From Ignavibacteria bacterium (GTDB lineage: Bacteria; Bacteroidota; Ignavibacteria; SZUA-365), in assembly GCA_016720835.1 (NCBI GenBank), contig JADKJW010000001.1, positions 616,230 to 680,229 on the forward strand: 64,000 nucleotides of DNA. The letters run 5' to 3'. A model generated the notes under the pieces. The model had not been told where the DNA came from. It saw nothing but the letters and a program-made list of their open reading frames with translations, and searched no databases. A program made the position numbers and the translations under genes. The first letter of the stretch is position 1. Each line of letters begins with the position of its first letter. Shown here in pieces: positions 20,837-31,307 of the stretch.

Positions 20837-21364
20837 TCATTTCTTCCCCGGGGGTGCGGGATGCTTCTTCGGCGCGGTCTCCGGAATATCGTCCGGAAAG
20901 AGATCCCGCAGGAGATCCGACGGCAGCTCCTCGCGCGACATGAGACGGCAGGTGCTTGTCGGCACGCCCTTGCACCGGCATCCGACGATGCGACCGTCCT
21001 TCGCGGTACGCAGCGCGCACGAGGGGCAGTCCTCCGAAATGCACTGGAAGTTCCGGGCCATCGGGGCGAGCGTGAGACCCTCGTCGTCACGCTCCAGTTC
21101 AATGGCCAGCGCGCACTGGCGTCCGCCGCTCCGACCCGTGCCGTGCAGGTAGTACCAGTTGCCCGACTTCAGGATGGTGACGGCGCCGAGGACGGTGCCG
21201 CCGCTCACGGCCTTCTCGACGGCGCTCTTCAGCTTCGCGGCGGAGTACAGGAGCTTCGGCGCGCCCTGTTCCCAGCGCGCAATCTGCATGCGCTGCGGCT
21301 GCGCATGCAGCGCCGAGGCGATGACGAACACGAGCGCGCACACGGACGCTGTTCTCTGGCGCAT
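20837..21364 (-). CDS. hypothetical secreted Cys-rich protein
   Basis: Signal peptide MRQRTASVCALVFVIASALHA. No recognisable family. Confidence 0.4.
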   Translation of the reverse strand: MRQRTASVCALVFVIASALHAQPQRMQIARWEQGAPKLLYSAAKLKSAVEKAVSGGTVLGAVTILKSGNWYYLHGTGRSGGRQCALAIELERDDEGLTLAPMARNFQCISEDCPSCALRTAKDGRIVGCRCKGVPTSTCRLMSREELPSDLLRDLFPDDIPETAPKKHPAPPGKK

Positions 21365-21597
21365 GACGATCCTCCGGTGATGCATCGGACAACGATGGAA
21401 GGAGACGGGAACGGCGCGCATGCCGCCGCGACGGCGAAGCGACTTCGGGTGCGGCGGCGCACGCAATGTGGAAAATACAACGCCGGACGCGAACTCGCGA
21501 AACCCGTCGGCATCGCGGCACACGGCGCTTGCCTTTATGCCGGTCGCGGGCGCACATTGCAGGTCACCCATTCACGATTGGCACAAAGGTTCCGGCC

Positions 21598-22305
21598 ATG
21601 GCAAAACACGTCAATCCCTTTCTCGAGGACGACATGCCTCCCTTCGCGGGATTTCCCGAGGACGCGCTGAAATTTTTCCGCGCGCTGAAGAAGAACAACA
21701 CGCGCGAGTGGTTCGCCGGGAACAAACCGCGTTTCGACGCCAACGTCCGCGAACCGATGGAGTCACTGCTCGCCGCCCTCGCGGCGCGGCTGCGTTCGAG
21801 CGTCCCCGATCTGGCCATCGAACCGAAAAAGGCGATCTACCGCATCTATCGCGACACGCGTTTCAGCAAGGACAAGACGCCGTACAAGACCTGGTGCGCG
21901 GCCTCCTTCTCGCTGGCCGGTCGCGACCGGAAAACGGCGCCGGGCTACTATTTCCACTTCAACGACACGGAACTCGGCATCGGGGGCGGACTCTACGCGC
22001 CGCTTCCCGAGCAGCTGAAGGCGCTGCGCGCCGCGATCGACCGGGATCCGAAACCGCTGCTCGCCACCGTCGCGGAGAAAAAGTTCAAGAAGCTCTTCGG
22101 CGGTCTCGAGGGCGACGTGCTCGCGCGCGTCCCGCAAGGCTACGACAAGGATCACCCCAGCGCCGAACTGCTCAGGATGAAACAGTACCTGTGCTGGGTC
22201 ACCATGGATCCGAAGCGCATCCTCGGGGAAGACCTTCTCGACGTCCTCGCCGAGCACGTGATCGCGATGACGCCGCTGGTCCGCTGGCTGACGGAACACT
22301 GCTGA
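21598..22305 (+). CDS. DUF2461 (TIGR02453) family protein
   Basis: Conserved YRIYRDTRFSKDKTPYK and GGGLYxP motifs of DUF2461. Confidence 0.6.
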   Translation: MAKHVNPFLEDDMPPFAGFPEDALKFFRALKKNNTREWFAGNKPRFDANVREPMESLLAALAARLRSSVPDLAIEPKKAIYRIYRDTRFSKDKTPYKTWCAASFSLAGRDRKTAPGYYFHFNDTELGIGGGLYAPLPEQLKALRAAIDRDPKPLLATVAEKKFKKLFGGLEGDVLARVPQGYDKDHPSAELLRMKQYLCWVTMDPKRILGEDLLDVLAEHVIAMTPLVRWLTEHC

Positions 22306-22326
22306 CCCGGCGCCGCGGGCCGGTGC

Positions 22327-22779
22327 TCAGACGAGCGTGGACTCCGGGTCCAGGCGCAACTGCGCGATGAGGGGCAGGAGTTCCGCCTGCACATGCAGTT
22401 TGTTGATGAACCCTTTCGCCCCGGCCGCCTGCGCCGCGGAGCGGTACTCGGGCGAATCGTACATGGTCATGATCACGCATGCCACACCGGGATGCTGCTT
22501 CCGTATTTCCATGGTGGCCGTCACCCCGTCCATGAGAGGAAGGGCGATGTCCATGAGCACGAGATCGGGGAGGCGCGTGTTCATCGCCGCGAGAGCCTCC
22601 TCGGCGGAGCCGCTTTCGCGGATGGTCCAGGACGGGAATTCCAGCAGGAGCCAGTCCCGCAACGCCCGGCGCAACGGAGCATGATCCTCGACGATCAGGA
22701 GGGATTTTTGCGTGTCGGCGTTCATGACGTTGCTTCGCATCGTGCCGTCACCGGCAGTCTGTCTGAGAAGTGCATCCAT
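22327..22779 (-). CDS. response regulator receiver protein (CheY-like, single domain)
   Basis: Receiver motifs LLIVEDH…DLVLMDIALPxMDG…K. Start could be at 22725. Confidence 0.75.
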   Translation of the reverse strand: MDALLRQTAGDGTMRSNVMNADTQKSLLIVEDHAPLRRALRDWLLLEFPSWTIRESGSAEEALAAMNTRLPDLVLMDIALPLMDGVTATMEIRKQHPGVACVIMTMYDSPEYRSAAQAAGAKGFINKLHVQAELLPLIAQLRLDPESTLV

Positions 22780-22782
22780 GGA

Positions 22783-23172
22783 TCATGCGCCCGCGGGAAC
22801 GGCGACCCCGACCTGGAGATGACGGCTGATCATGGCCTTCAGCTCGGAGACCCGGAGCGGCTTCGGGAGATAGTCGGTGCACCCCGCGTTGATGCATTTC
22901 ATGCGATCCGTCGGAAACGCATGGGCGGTCACCGCAATGATGGGGATGTGGCGGTATTCCTCGCGATCGAGGATTTTTCGCGCCAGGACGAGACCGTTCT
23001 CGTTGTTGCGCAGCGAGAGATCCATCAGGACGAGGTCGACAGCGCGATCCTCGAGGGCGCTCCAAGCCTCCGTGCTGTTGGTGGCGCAACGCACGGCGTA
23101 TTCTTTCTTGAGGATGGAGAGCATCATGCTCTGGGTTTCCAGGTCATCTTCCACGAGCAGGAGAGTGTTCAT
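22783..23172 (-). CDS. response regulator receiver protein (CheY-like, single domain)
   Basis: LLLVEDD…DLVLMDLSL…IPIIAVTA…YLPKP receiver signature. Confidence 0.75.
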   Translation of the reverse strand: MNTLLLVEDDLETQSMMLSILKKEYAVRCATNSTEAWSALEDRAVDLVLMDLSLRNNENGLVLARKILDREEYRHIPIIAVTAHAFPTDRMKCINAGCTDYLPKPLRVSELKAMISRHLQVGVAVPAGA

Positions 23173-24491
23173 TGTACCGGTATTCCTTCTGGTATCGCTT
23201 TGGCGGGTCGAAGCGTATTGGGACGGGAGGGTTCATCCACCACCTCGCTGAAACGCACGGTGACGCTGGTGCCGACGCCTTTCCGACTGGTGACGTCAAT
23301 GGTTGCTCCATTGATGTCGATGTACTTTTTTGTCAACGCCATGCCCAGGCCGAGGCTGTTGAAGCGGCGCGTGGTGCCGATGTCTTCCTGGGAAAACGTG
23401 GCGAACAGGCGCGGCAGGTACTCTTCCGAGATGCCGATGCCCGTGTCCGTGATCGTGATGCATGCCGCGCCGTAGGTCCGGTACACCCGCACGGTCACTC
23501 CGCCTTCGCTGGTGAACTTGATCGCGTTGTCGAGGAGATTCGCAAGCGCGTCGTTGAACGTCACCGGATCGACATGAATCATCGCGCTGCCGCATTCGTT
23601 GATGAAATCGATCTCCAGGCGCTTTTCGATGGCGAGGAGCCGCATCTCCATGAACAGGTGGTACGCTTCCGCGACGAGGTCGAGGTCGCGCTTCTCGAAC
23701 GAGTACTCGCCCACCTCCATCGAGGAGATCGTGAGGATGTTCTCGACCGTGCGCATCAGCCGCTTCGCGGCGCGCGTGATGCTCTGGAAGTACAGTCCTT
23801 CCCCCTGCGAAATGCGGGCGCCCAGTTCCATCTCGATGAGGTCGGTGTACCCGAGAATGACATTCAGCGGCGTGCGGATCTCGTGCGACATGTTCGAAAT
23901 GAACGCGTCCTTCAAGCGGTCCGAGCGCTCGGCGCGTTCCTTCGCCGCGATGAGTTCCATCTCGGCTCTCTTGCGCTCCGTGATGTCCTGCTTGATGGCG
24001 ACAAAGTGGAGGATTTCACCCGACTCCGCGCGAATCGGAGAAATGGTGGCCGACTCCCAGAAGAACTCCCCGTCCTTCCGGCGGTTGTGGAATTCGCCTC
24101 TCCAGTTCTCCCCGGAAGAGATCATCTCCCACAACTGTTTGTACTGCTCGGGCGATGTATACCCCGATTTCAGGAAACGCGGAGTCCGGCCGCGGACTTC
24201 ATCGAAGGTGTAGCCGCTCGACTTCTCAAATCCCGGATTGACATACTCGATGCGGCCCGCGGGGTCCGTGACCACGATCGAGATGGGACTCTGGTCCACC
24301 GCGATGGAGAACAGCCACAGCTGTTCCTTGAGCAGCGATTGCGACCGCTGGGCCGGATCGGCCAGACCGAACGGAGGTTGTGATTTCACCGGGCCGGAAG
24401 CCCGCGCGGGGATCGTACCGGGAAGTATCATGCGAGGGAGTGTCCTGAAGCAATGCGATGGAATACACACGCACGCCCCTGACACGGGCAA
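23169..24491 (-). CDS. PAS-domain sensor histidine kinase
   Basis: PAS region; HisKA H-box MSHEIRTPLN; HATPase_c N/G boxes. 4-nt overlap with the downstream receiver gene. Confidence 0.8.
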   Translation of the reverse strand: MPVSGACVCIPSHCFRTLPRMILPGTIPARASGPVKSQPPFGLADPAQRSQSLLKEQLWLFSIAVDQSPISIVVTDPAGRIEYVNPGFEKSSGYTFDEVRGRTPRFLKSGYTSPEQYKQLWEMISSGENWRGEFHNRRKDGEFFWESATISPIRAESGEILHFVAIKQDITERKRAEMELIAAKERAERSDRLKDAFISNMSHEIRTPLNVILGYTDLIEMELGARISQGEGLYFQSITRAAKRLMRTVENILTISSMEVGEYSFEKRDLDLVAEAYHLFMEMRLLAIEKRLEIDFINECGSAMIHVDPVTFNDALANLLDNAIKFTSEGGVTVRVYRTYGAACITITDTGIGISEEYLPRLFATFSQEDIGTTRRFNSLGLGMALTKKYIDINGATIDVTSRKGVGTSVTVRFSEVVDEPSRPNTLRPAKAIPEGIPVQ

Positions 24492-24741
24492 CCCGGCAAC
24501 ATCGCGACCTTCAATCTGGCAATCTGTTTCATGGTGATCCTGTTCATTCGTCGCTCTTCAACCGACTCGCATCAGCTCTTTGCCGGGTTCCGTGTCAGCA
24601 AGCGTGCATACAACAATACGAAACCCGTCCGGGCTCCGCTGTCAGGGAGTCTGGATTGTTTTTGTGGGGGATACTCGACTCCGCGACGCGGCATTCCCCT
24701 GCGGGGACCGGGCGGGCGGCATTCCCCGGGCGTGCCCGTGC

Positions 24742-25395
24742 CTATTCGAGGCTGGTCAATCCGTGCTGAATGGCGAATTTGATGAGCGATGAGAGATCCT
24801 TGACCCCGAGTTTCTGCATCAGCCGACTACGGTACGTGTCGACCGATTTGGGAGAAAGGAACAGCGTCCCGGCGATTTCGGAGCTCGAGCGACCCTCCAC
24901 GACGAGCTGCAGCACTTCGCGCTCGCGCAGGCTCAGGCGCGCGAGCGGGCTGGGCGAGAGAGAATCGTCCTTCCGCAGCACGTAATCATCGATGATCAAG
25001 TCCGATATTTTCTCGCTGATATACCGCTTGCCGCCATGCACGGCGATGACAGCCTTGACGACTTCTTTTCCGGCGGATTCCTTGATCACGTACCCGCGAG
25101 CCCCCGCCTGCAGGGCGCGGTAGATATGCTCCGACGTCGAATGCATGGAAAGGATGATGACGCGGACGTTCGGCAGCGCCTCCCGCAGTTCGCAGGTGGC
25201 GTCGATCCCGTTGAGTTCGGGCATCGAAATGTCCATCACGACGATATCCGGCAGCAGCTCGCGCGCGAGGGCCACCGCGGTCCGTCCATCGCTTGCGGTG
25301 CCGACGACGGAGATGTCGCCCTGCGATTCGAGCAATACCCGCAAGCCGTCGAGGACGACGGCATGATCGTCAGCCAGAATGACGCGGATTGGCAT
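24742..25395 (-). CDS. NarL/FixJ-family response regulator (receiver + LuxR HTH)
   Basis: Receiver VILADDH…DIVVMDISMPELNG. C-terminal LuxR-type HTH (LSLREREVLQLVVEGRSSSEIA). Start at MPIRVILADDH. Confidence 0.85.
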   Translation of the reverse strand: MPIRVILADDHAVVLDGLRVLLESQGDISVVGTASDGRTAVALARELLPDIVVMDISMPELNGIDATCELREALPNVRVIILSMHSTSEHIYRALQAGARGYVIKESAGKEVVKAVIAVHGGKRYISEKISDLIIDDYVLRKDDSLSPSPLARLSLREREVLQLVVEGRSSSEIAGTLFLSPKSVDTYRSRLMQKLGVKDLSSLIKFAIQHGLTSLE

Positions 25396-25497
25396 GGGGA
25401 TGCGGATTGGGGGAACAATGAGGAAATGCAGTTGAAGAATGTAACGAATCCCGCCCACACGGGGAACCATCGCAATGCGAACTGTCCGGAGAGTGCA

Positions 25498-28400
25498 TCA
25501 GCGGGTGAACTCGATGGTGACTTTCGTGCCGCCGGGCTGGCGGGACTCGATGGTAAAGGTCCCTCCGATGGCTTCCGCGCGTTCCTTCATCATCATGAGG
25601 CCCCAGCCGAGTCTCTCCGAGCGTTTCTCCATCGACAACGCATCGAAGCCCTTCCCGTCGTCGGTGATGGTGAGCGCGCAGCGCCCCGGATCCGACTCGA
25701 AATCGACATGCACGCGCCGCGCGTCGGCATGTTTGACGACGTTGTGCAGAGCCTCCTGCGTAATGCGGAACAGCACCGTCTCGACGGTTTGCGAGAATCG
25801 CGGGACGGCCTCGGTTCCGCTGACGATGATTTCGACGCCGAAACGTTTCTGCAAGGTGCCCGCGAACCAGCGCACGGCGGTGAGCACGCCGTAGTCGTCG
25901 AGCATCGCGGGGCGGAGCGCGGCCATGATGGTGCGGGTGCGTTCGACGGTGGATTCCACCAGCGCGAGCGAATCTTCGAGGCGCAGACCCACGAGCGCGC
26001 GCTCGTCCGGTTTGAGCTGCGAGAGGACGAGATTGAGGTTGATGATGATGGCGGTCAGGTTCTGGCCGACATCGTCATGCAGTTCTTCGGCGATGCGTTT
26101 GCGCTCGATCTCCTCGACCTCCGACAACCGCTTGGCCATGAGGCGGAGCTGGTCCGACGTCAGCCGCGCGGCTTCTTCGGCGTTCTTGCGTTCCGTGATA
26201 TCGAGCGCGATGCCGCCGAGCAGCGATGCGCCGTCGCTCTGCGGGATCGGGAATTTGTAGACCAGGAACGTGCGCTGCTGCCGCGTTTCGGTGCGCAGTT
26301 CCTCGACGATCGCAGGCTCGCCGCTGTGCAACACGACATGGTCATGGGCGGAGAGCGTGTCGGAAAGCTCCGACGGGAGGAGCGCGGCGTGCGCGCGCGC
26401 ACCGGACTCGCCGTCCGCCGCCGGGGAATCGAGCGCGAGCATGCTGTTCGCGAACACCTTCCTTCCGCCCGCGTCCTTGATGAAGGCATAGGCGGGGAGA
26501 TTGGCCATGAACAGGGAAAACCGCCGTTCGCTTTCGATGAGCGCGTGTTCCGAGCGGACGCGCTCGGTCACGTCGGCCGCCATCGCCATCAACCCGATGA
26601 ACGCGCCGGCGGCATTGCGCAGCGGCGTGAAATGCCACTCGCAGAGAATCGTCGCGCCGCTCTTCGTCGCGCTTTCGATGACTCGGTGCGTGGTGTCCTC
26701 GTTGAGGACCAGCTCCCTGATGAACTCCTCCATGGCTGCGCGCGATTCTTCGGAGATGAGCCGGTGGAACAGCGAGTGCCCGACGACCTCTTCCTTCTGA
26801 TACCCGAAGATCTGTTCCGCGCGGGGGTTGGCATCGAGGATGCGCGTCTCCCGGTCCAGCAGCATGAACGCGAGCGGAAGGCGGTCGAACTGGAGCTGCA
26901 GGCGCCGGATGAGCGCGTCCCGTTCCGCCTGCATCGCCCGCAGACCCTCCTCGGTCCGTTCCCGTTCGGTGATGTCCTCGTACAGCGACACGACCCCGTC
27001 GATTTCGCCCGACGCGTCATGGACCGGCGCGGAGGTGACGGAGATCAGCGCGCGCGCGCCGCTCGCCGTCGCGACAAGAAAACGCGCATCGCGCACCATG
27101 GCCTCGCCTCGAAGGATGCGATGCATCGGCAGCTGCGCATCATCCACCGGGCGACCATCGGAATGAAGCAGCCGTTCCGTGCTGCCGTCGTTGTCCCCTG
27201 CCCCGTGTTGCCCGCGGGGAAGATTCAGGATGGACTCCGCCCGCGCGTTGACGTACCGGTAGCGGCCGGCCGTGTCGCGCATGGTAATGCCGAAGGGGCT
27301 CGTCTCCATGACGCGAATCAGCAGGTCATGCTCCCGGCGCAGTTTCTCGGCGGCTTCCGCGCGCTGCCGCTCCGCGTCGTGGAACGCGATCGCGTGCGAG
27401 ACGTTCACCGCGAGCTGGGTCAGCAGGGTGATCTCGTCCTCGTTGAAGAAGTCCTGCTGCGTGGAATAGTACGTCATCGAGCCGATCGCGCGCCCGCCGC
27501 GGAACAGGGGGAAGGCCGCGGCGGAGCGTGCTCCGAGCGCCTGGATGTTCGCGCGCCACGGCGCCATGCGCGGATCGTTGAAGGTGTCGTTGCACACATC
27601 GACGCGCTGCTCGCGGACGGCCGTCCCGGTCGGTCCCCGGCCTTCCGCATCGTCGAGCGCGGAGACGGCAAGCCCCTCCTTGGAAACAGGCAGGACGCCG
27701 CTGACGGCTGCGGATCGGATGCGCGCGCCGCTGTCGTCGACAAAGCCGATCCAGACGGAGGCGAAGGCCCCGTCCTCGACGCCGATGCGGCACGCTTCGC
27801 TGTAGAGCTCGTCGAGATCGCGGCTGCGCACGATGAGCTGGTTGATGTTGCTGAGCATCGAGAGCGTGCGGTTCAGCGCGGCGATATGCTCCTCGGCCTG
27901 CCGTCGCTCGCTGTTGTCGCGGATATAGTGCGCGATCTGCTGTTGCGCGACGAACGCACGCACCACCGCGGCGATCCCGATGCTGATCGCGAGGACCAGC
28001 AGGAACAGATACTCCGCATCGCGGCGCAAGCGCGCGAACAGTTCGGACTGGTCGGTTTTTGCGACCAGGTACCAGGGCGTGCCGGGCACCGCATGCAGCG
28101 ATGCGTACACGGAAATGCCCCGGTAGTCGATCCCGGTGACCACGCCCGTCATCCCGCGCACCGCTTTCGATGCAGGCAGATCCTCGTCGTCTGCCGGGAA
28201 GCGCAGGCGCAGCGCCGCGTCAGGCCTGAAGCGCAGGCGATTCAGGAACAGCACGCTGTCCGCCTCCCGTCGGACGAGCAGGCACTCCGCGGATTGCGTG
28301 GGTATGGGCCACGACTCCAGAATGCCGAACAGTTCATGCGCCGGGTCGATGGTCAGGACATAGGTGCCGACCAGCGCCGAATCTCCTCCGCGCCGGAACA

Positions 28401-28917
28401 CCGGAATGACGATGTCCATGCGGAGTTTCCCCGAAGGACGACGGGCGAGATCGGCAACGACGAGGCATCGGCAGTGCGCCGCGCTGTCGATGTGCCGCGA
28501 GGACACCGTCGCCATACCGCGGACGGAATCGGGAACCGCAACGATGGTGCGGCCGCCGGGATCGAGCAGCCGCATGGAAACGTAGTGGTTGTTGCGGAAC
28601 ATCGACTGCATCCACGCAAGCGGCCGCTGCCGTCCGGGCTGCGTCCGAGCTATTCGGATCTGCTCATCTGTTTCCTCCGCGATGTGGGTGCTGTTGAACA
28701 CGAAGCGCGCATCGCTGAGCCGCTCGGCGTACCAGGCCGACACCTGCTGCACTTTGAGCTTCCCGATGGAGCCGATCTGGTTGCTGCTCTGCCGCACCGT
28801 CTCCTGTTCCTCCACCCAATAGTACAGGAAACCGACGGCGCTCAGCACGATGACGGCGAGCGCGATCGATGCCAGGTGAAGGCGGGTGAGACGGATGCCT
28901 GATTGCGTCTTCCTCAT
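25498..28917 (-). CDS. multi-PAS/GAF sensor histidine kinase (HisKA_3/NarX-type kinase core)
   Basis: N-terminal TM segment followed by several PAS/GAF-like modules. C-terminal HisKA_3 H-box ELHDDVGQNLT and HATPase_c. Cognate to the adjacent NarL-type regulator. Confidence 0.8.
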   Translation of the reverse strand: MRKTQSGIRLTRLHLASIALAVIVLSAVGFLYYWVEEQETVRQSSNQIGSIGKLKVQQVSAWYAERLSDARFVFNSTHIAEETDEQIRIARTQPGRQRPLAWMQSMFRNNHYVSMRLLDPGGRTIVAVPDSVRGMATVSSRHIDSAAHCRCLVVADLARRPSGKLRMDIVIPVFRRGGDSALVGTYVLTIDPAHELFGILESWPIPTQSAECLLVRREADSVLFLNRLRFRPDAALRLRFPADDEDLPASKAVRGMTGVVTGIDYRGISVYASLHAVPGTPWYLVAKTDQSELFARLRRDAEYLFLLVLAISIGIAAVVRAFVAQQQIAHYIRDNSERRQAEEHIAALNRTLSMLSNINQLIVRSRDLDELYSEACRIGVEDGAFASVWIGFVDDSGARIRSAAVSGVLPVSKEGLAVSALDDAEGRGPTGTAVREQRVDVCNDTFNDPRMAPWRANIQALGARSAAAFPLFRGGRAIGSMTYYSTQQDFFNEDEITLLTQLAVNVSHAIAFHDAERQRAEAAEKLRREHDLLIRVMETSPFGITMRDTAGRYRYVNARAESILNLPRGQHGAGDNDGSTERLLHSDGRPVDDAQLPMHRILRGEAMVRDARFLVATASGARALISVTSAPVHDASGEIDGVVSLYEDITERERTEEGLRAMQAERDALIRRLQLQFDRLPLAFMLLDRETRILDANPRAEQIFGYQKEEVVGHSLFHRLISEESRAAMEEFIRELVLNEDTTHRVIESATKSGATILCEWHFTPLRNAAGAFIGLMAMAADVTERVRSEHALIESERRFSLFMANLPAYAFIKDAGGRKVFANSMLALDSPAADGESGARAHAALLPSELSDTLSAHDHVVLHSGEPAIVEELRTETRQQRTFLVYKFPIPQSDGASLLGGIALDITERKNAEEAARLTSDQLRLMAKRLSEVEEIERKRIAEELHDDVGQNLTAIIINLNLVLSQLKPDERALVGLRLEDSLALVESTVERTRTIMAALRPAMLDDYGVLTAVRWFAGTLQKRFGVEIIVSGTEAVPRFSQTVETVLFRITQEALHNVVKHADARRVHVDFESDPGRCALTITDDGKGFDALSMEKRSERLGWGLMMMKERAEAIGGTFTIESRQPGGTKVTIEFTR

Positions 28918-29055
28918 CGGAGGCTCTTGTTGCGGTTGGATGACTGCCGGAACGAAGTTCGAAAATATTTCCGCCGAATGCGAACCGTCGGCAAGAATTG
29001 CACAGTCCACGGGAAATCCGGTTGCCGCGCGCGTGAGGCCGTGCTACATTCGATC

Positions 29056-30141
29056 ATGCATGACGAGATCCACCATACCATCTACTGGCACGCGCTCGAC
29101 GACGGCCGCGTGCAGTGCGATCTCTGCCCGCGTCTCTGCAAACTCCGCGAAGGGCAGCACGGCCCGTGCTTCGTCCGCATGAATGAGGGGAACAGCATCG
29201 TGCTCACCACGTACGGCCGTTCCAGCGGATTCTGCGTGGATCCCATCGAGAAGAAGCCGCTGAACCACTTCCTGCCCGGCACCCCCGTGCTCTCCTTCGG
29301 CACGGCCGGCTGCAATCTCTCCTGCCGCTTCTGCCAGAACTGGGACATCAGCCACTCGCGCGAGAACGACCGGTTGACGGAATCCGCGTCGCCCGAGGCC
29401 ATCGCCCTCGCTGCGCGGCGGATGGAATGCGCGAGCGTGGCCTTCACGTACAACGAACCGGTCATCTTCATGGAATACGCGGTGGACGTGGCGCTCGCCT
29501 GCCATGCCTCGGGCATCCGCACGGTGGCCGTCACCGCCGGCGCCATCAATCCGAAACCGCGCGCGGAGTTCTTCCGGCACATCGATGCGGCCAATGTTGA
29601 TCTCAAGGCCTTTTCCGAGGGCTTCTACCGCAGCGTCTGCGGCGCGCAGCTCGGCGCGGTGAAGGACACGCTGCGGTATCTGAAACACGAAACCTCCGTC
29701 TGGTTCGAAATCACAACGCTGCTGATTCCGGGCATGAATGATTCCGAGCAGGAAATCGAAGACATGACGCAGTGGATCGCGAGCGCGCTCGGACCGGACG
29801 TGCCGCTGCATTTCACCGCCTTCCATCCGGATGGGCACATGCGCGACATCGCGCGCACTCCGGCCGCGGTGCTGCGCCGCGCGCGCGACACCGCGCTGCG
29901 CAACGGACTGCGCTACGTCTACACCGGCAACATCCGCGATCTCGATGGAGCGACCACGCGCTGTCACGCCTGCGGCACAACGCTCATCGTGCGCGACGGC
30001 TACGACATCACATCATACGCTATCACCGCGCAGGGAGCCTGCAGGAAATGTGCGATGCCTGTCGCCGGGGTGTTTGCTTCAGCGCCAGGCACGTGGGGAT
30101 CGCGCCGGCAGACGGTTCGGATTGCAGGGGAAGAAAGGTGA
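29056..30141 (+). CDS. AmmeMemoRadiSam system radical SAM enzyme-like protein (PflA-like activase family)
   Basis: CxxxCxxC radical-SAM motif CNLSCRFCQNW. Family-typical N-terminus HTIYWHxLDDGRVQCDLCPRxCKLxEGQxGxCxVR. C-terminal Cys pair. Confidence 0.7.
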   Translation: MHDEIHHTIYWHALDDGRVQCDLCPRLCKLREGQHGPCFVRMNEGNSIVLTTYGRSSGFCVDPIEKKPLNHFLPGTPVLSFGTAGCNLSCRFCQNWDISHSRENDRLTESASPEAIALAARRMECASVAFTYNEPVIFMEYAVDVALACHASGIRTVAVTAGAINPKPRAEFFRHIDAANVDLKAFSEGFYRSVCGAQLGAVKDTLRYLKHETSVWFEITTLLIPGMNDSEQEIEDMTQWIASALGPDVPLHFTAFHPDGHMRDIARTPAAVLRRARDTALRNGLRYVYTGNIRDLDGATTRCHACGTTLIVRDGYDITSYAITAQGACRKCAMPVAGVFASAPGTWGSRRQTVRIAGEER

Positions 30142-30395
30142 AGGGAGAAGGAGAAGGTGAAGGTGCTCGCCCGCCGAAGCTCGCCATAGGCGAGCGCAGG
30201 TGGGAAGGGTGAATCGTGAGTGGTGAATCGTGATTAGCAAGATTATGACCGGGTGGGGACAAGCGTCTCGCTTGTCCGATTCACAGGAGTGGCGCCTGCC
30301 ATCATTCGTGGAAGATCTACCCGTTATTTCGGCCCGTCATGCTGAGCGAAGCGAAGCATCTGTCCATCCAGAGTCCAAGAATTCCCGAGGATGAA

Positions 30396-30492
30396 CGACT
30401 TCTGAGTTCTGCATTCTGAGTTCTGGATTCTGAGTTCTGGATTCTGAGTTCTGGATTCTGAGTTCTGGATTCTGAGTTCTGGATTCTGGATT
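30396..30492. repeat. tandem heptamer repeat (tctgagt/tctggat alternating, about 14 units)
   Basis: Directly visible as ttctgagttctggattctgagttctggat… between the radical SAM gene and the next ORF. Confidence 0.85.
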
Positions 30493-30509
30493 CTGAATTC
30501 CTGTTCTCC

Positions 30510-30989
30510 TCAATCCGCGAACTGCCTCAGTGTTTTTCGAAAGCGCTCGAAGACGGGTTTGAACTTGCGATACTCGTTGTTGTCGCGGCATTTCATCCCG
30601 GTGATGGTCTTCGTGCCGTGCTCTTCGTTCTCGACGTAGACGCGCATGTAGGAACGGTCTTTCGCGAGAATGGTCACGAGGCGGCCGACCGCGCCGTCGA
30701 GACTTTTCTGTTCCTTCACCGTGACGGTTTCGCGCGCGGTATCGGGACGGATGTCGCGCGCTTCGCCGCTCCACTGCGGAGAAAAGACGTAGAATTCCAC
30801 GTTCCCGTCGCGCGAGCGGAAAAACGCACTCTCCGCGCCCTTGCCCGTCTTGCTCGCCTGCGAGGCGCGAGCCTTGAATTCGGGCGGGTAGTCGATGGCG
30901 AACCACGCGCCGGTGAAGGTCTTCCAGGCCTTCTGCCCGGAAGCGGGGATGACGAGGAGGAGGGCGGCAATGATCAGCAAGCGGCGCAT
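30510..30989 (-). CDS. hypothetical secreted protein
   Basis: Signal peptide MRRLLIIAALLLVIPASG. No family recognised. Confidence 0.4.
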   Translation of the reverse strand: MRRLLIIAALLLVIPASGQKAWKTFTGAWFAIDYPPEFKARASQASKTGKGAESAFFRSRDGNVEFYVFSPQWSGEARDIRPDTARETVTVKEQKSLDGAVGRLVTILAKDRSYMRVYVENEEHGTKTITGMKCRDNNEYRKFKPVFERFRKTLRQFAD

Positions 30990-31307
30990 GGAGGGCACTC
31001 CGATTGTTTCACGAATGTAACGAGGCGGCCTTGTCCGCCGCAATGCGGCCGCGGAGCGCCTTCGCCGATATTTTTGTCTTTACCCCCGCGAATGGTAAGT
31101 TTGTTGGACCGGATGAAAGGAGTGCAGGTCTTCTCCATGCGCCGGTGAAGCAACGTGGGCATCTTCCTTCACCCTTCACCCTTCCCACCTGCGCTCGTCG
31201 GTGGCGAGCTTCGGCGGGCAAGCACCTTCACCCTTCACTCTTCTCCCTTCCCTTCCAACTCTCAGCGAATCAGACTCTTTTCCCAGATACCATCGGAGGT
31301 TTTTTCC

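Noticed and set aside
25036-28902. 1288-aa plus-strand ORF
   Set aside because: Antisense to the multi-PAS histidine kinase, with low-complexity Arg/Asp/Gly composition. The minus-strand product has clear kinase motifs.
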